64,000 nt of DNA. Source: Mobula hypostoma. Lineage: Eukaryota. A program made the position numbers and the translations under genes. The notes beneath the pieces were generated by a model that was given only the letters and a program-made list of their open reading frames with translations, was not told the origin of the DNA and searched no databases. The stretch is from contig NC_086097.1 in NCBI RefSeq assembly GCF_963921235.1, positions 53,694,001 through 53,758,000 of the forward strand, in the 5' to 3' direction. Below are positions 63,946 to 64,000 of this stretch, piece after piece; position 1 is the first letter of the stretch; each line of letters starts with the position of its first letter.

Positions 63946-64000
63946 TTAGATTAAATTAGATTAGATTATGAGGATATTCAGTCCTCGTTTATTGTCATTT
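63946..64000 (-). mobile_element. 3' tail of a (TCTAA)n-tailed element, running off the window
   Basis: ttagattagattatgaggatattcagtcctcgtttattgtcattt is the reverse-complement homolog of 30670-30725. Confidence 0.8.

Overview
This is eukaryotic vertebrate DNA, not prokaryotic. It is most likely from a cartilaginous fish (shark, ray or skate), inferred from an HE1/V-SINE-type SINE, dense CR1 LINEs and Penelope-like elements. The window looks intergenic or intronic: I cannot support any host protein-coding exon, rRNA, tRNA gene or CRISPR array, and nearly all long ORFs are retrotransposon fragments or their antisense. Roughly half of the window is transposon fossils: CR1 and Rex1/Babar LINEs, an R4/Dong-type LINE, two clades of Penelope-like elements (PLEs), a DD34E Tc1 transposon, a second Tc1-derived deletion family, a Chapaev3-like DNA transposon remnant, V-SINEs, a Deu-domain SINE and a solo LTR. 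The most notable structures are: (1) PLE ends carrying minimal hammerhead-ribozyme cores; (2) a 1.18-kb head-to-head PLE palindrome bounded by one perfect 12-bp target-site duplication (TSD); (3) two multi-layer nested insertion stacks; (4) an R4/Dong-like element ending at a (TAA)n tract. Family names come from recalled motifs, not database searches, and boundaries are approximate unless a TSD is given.
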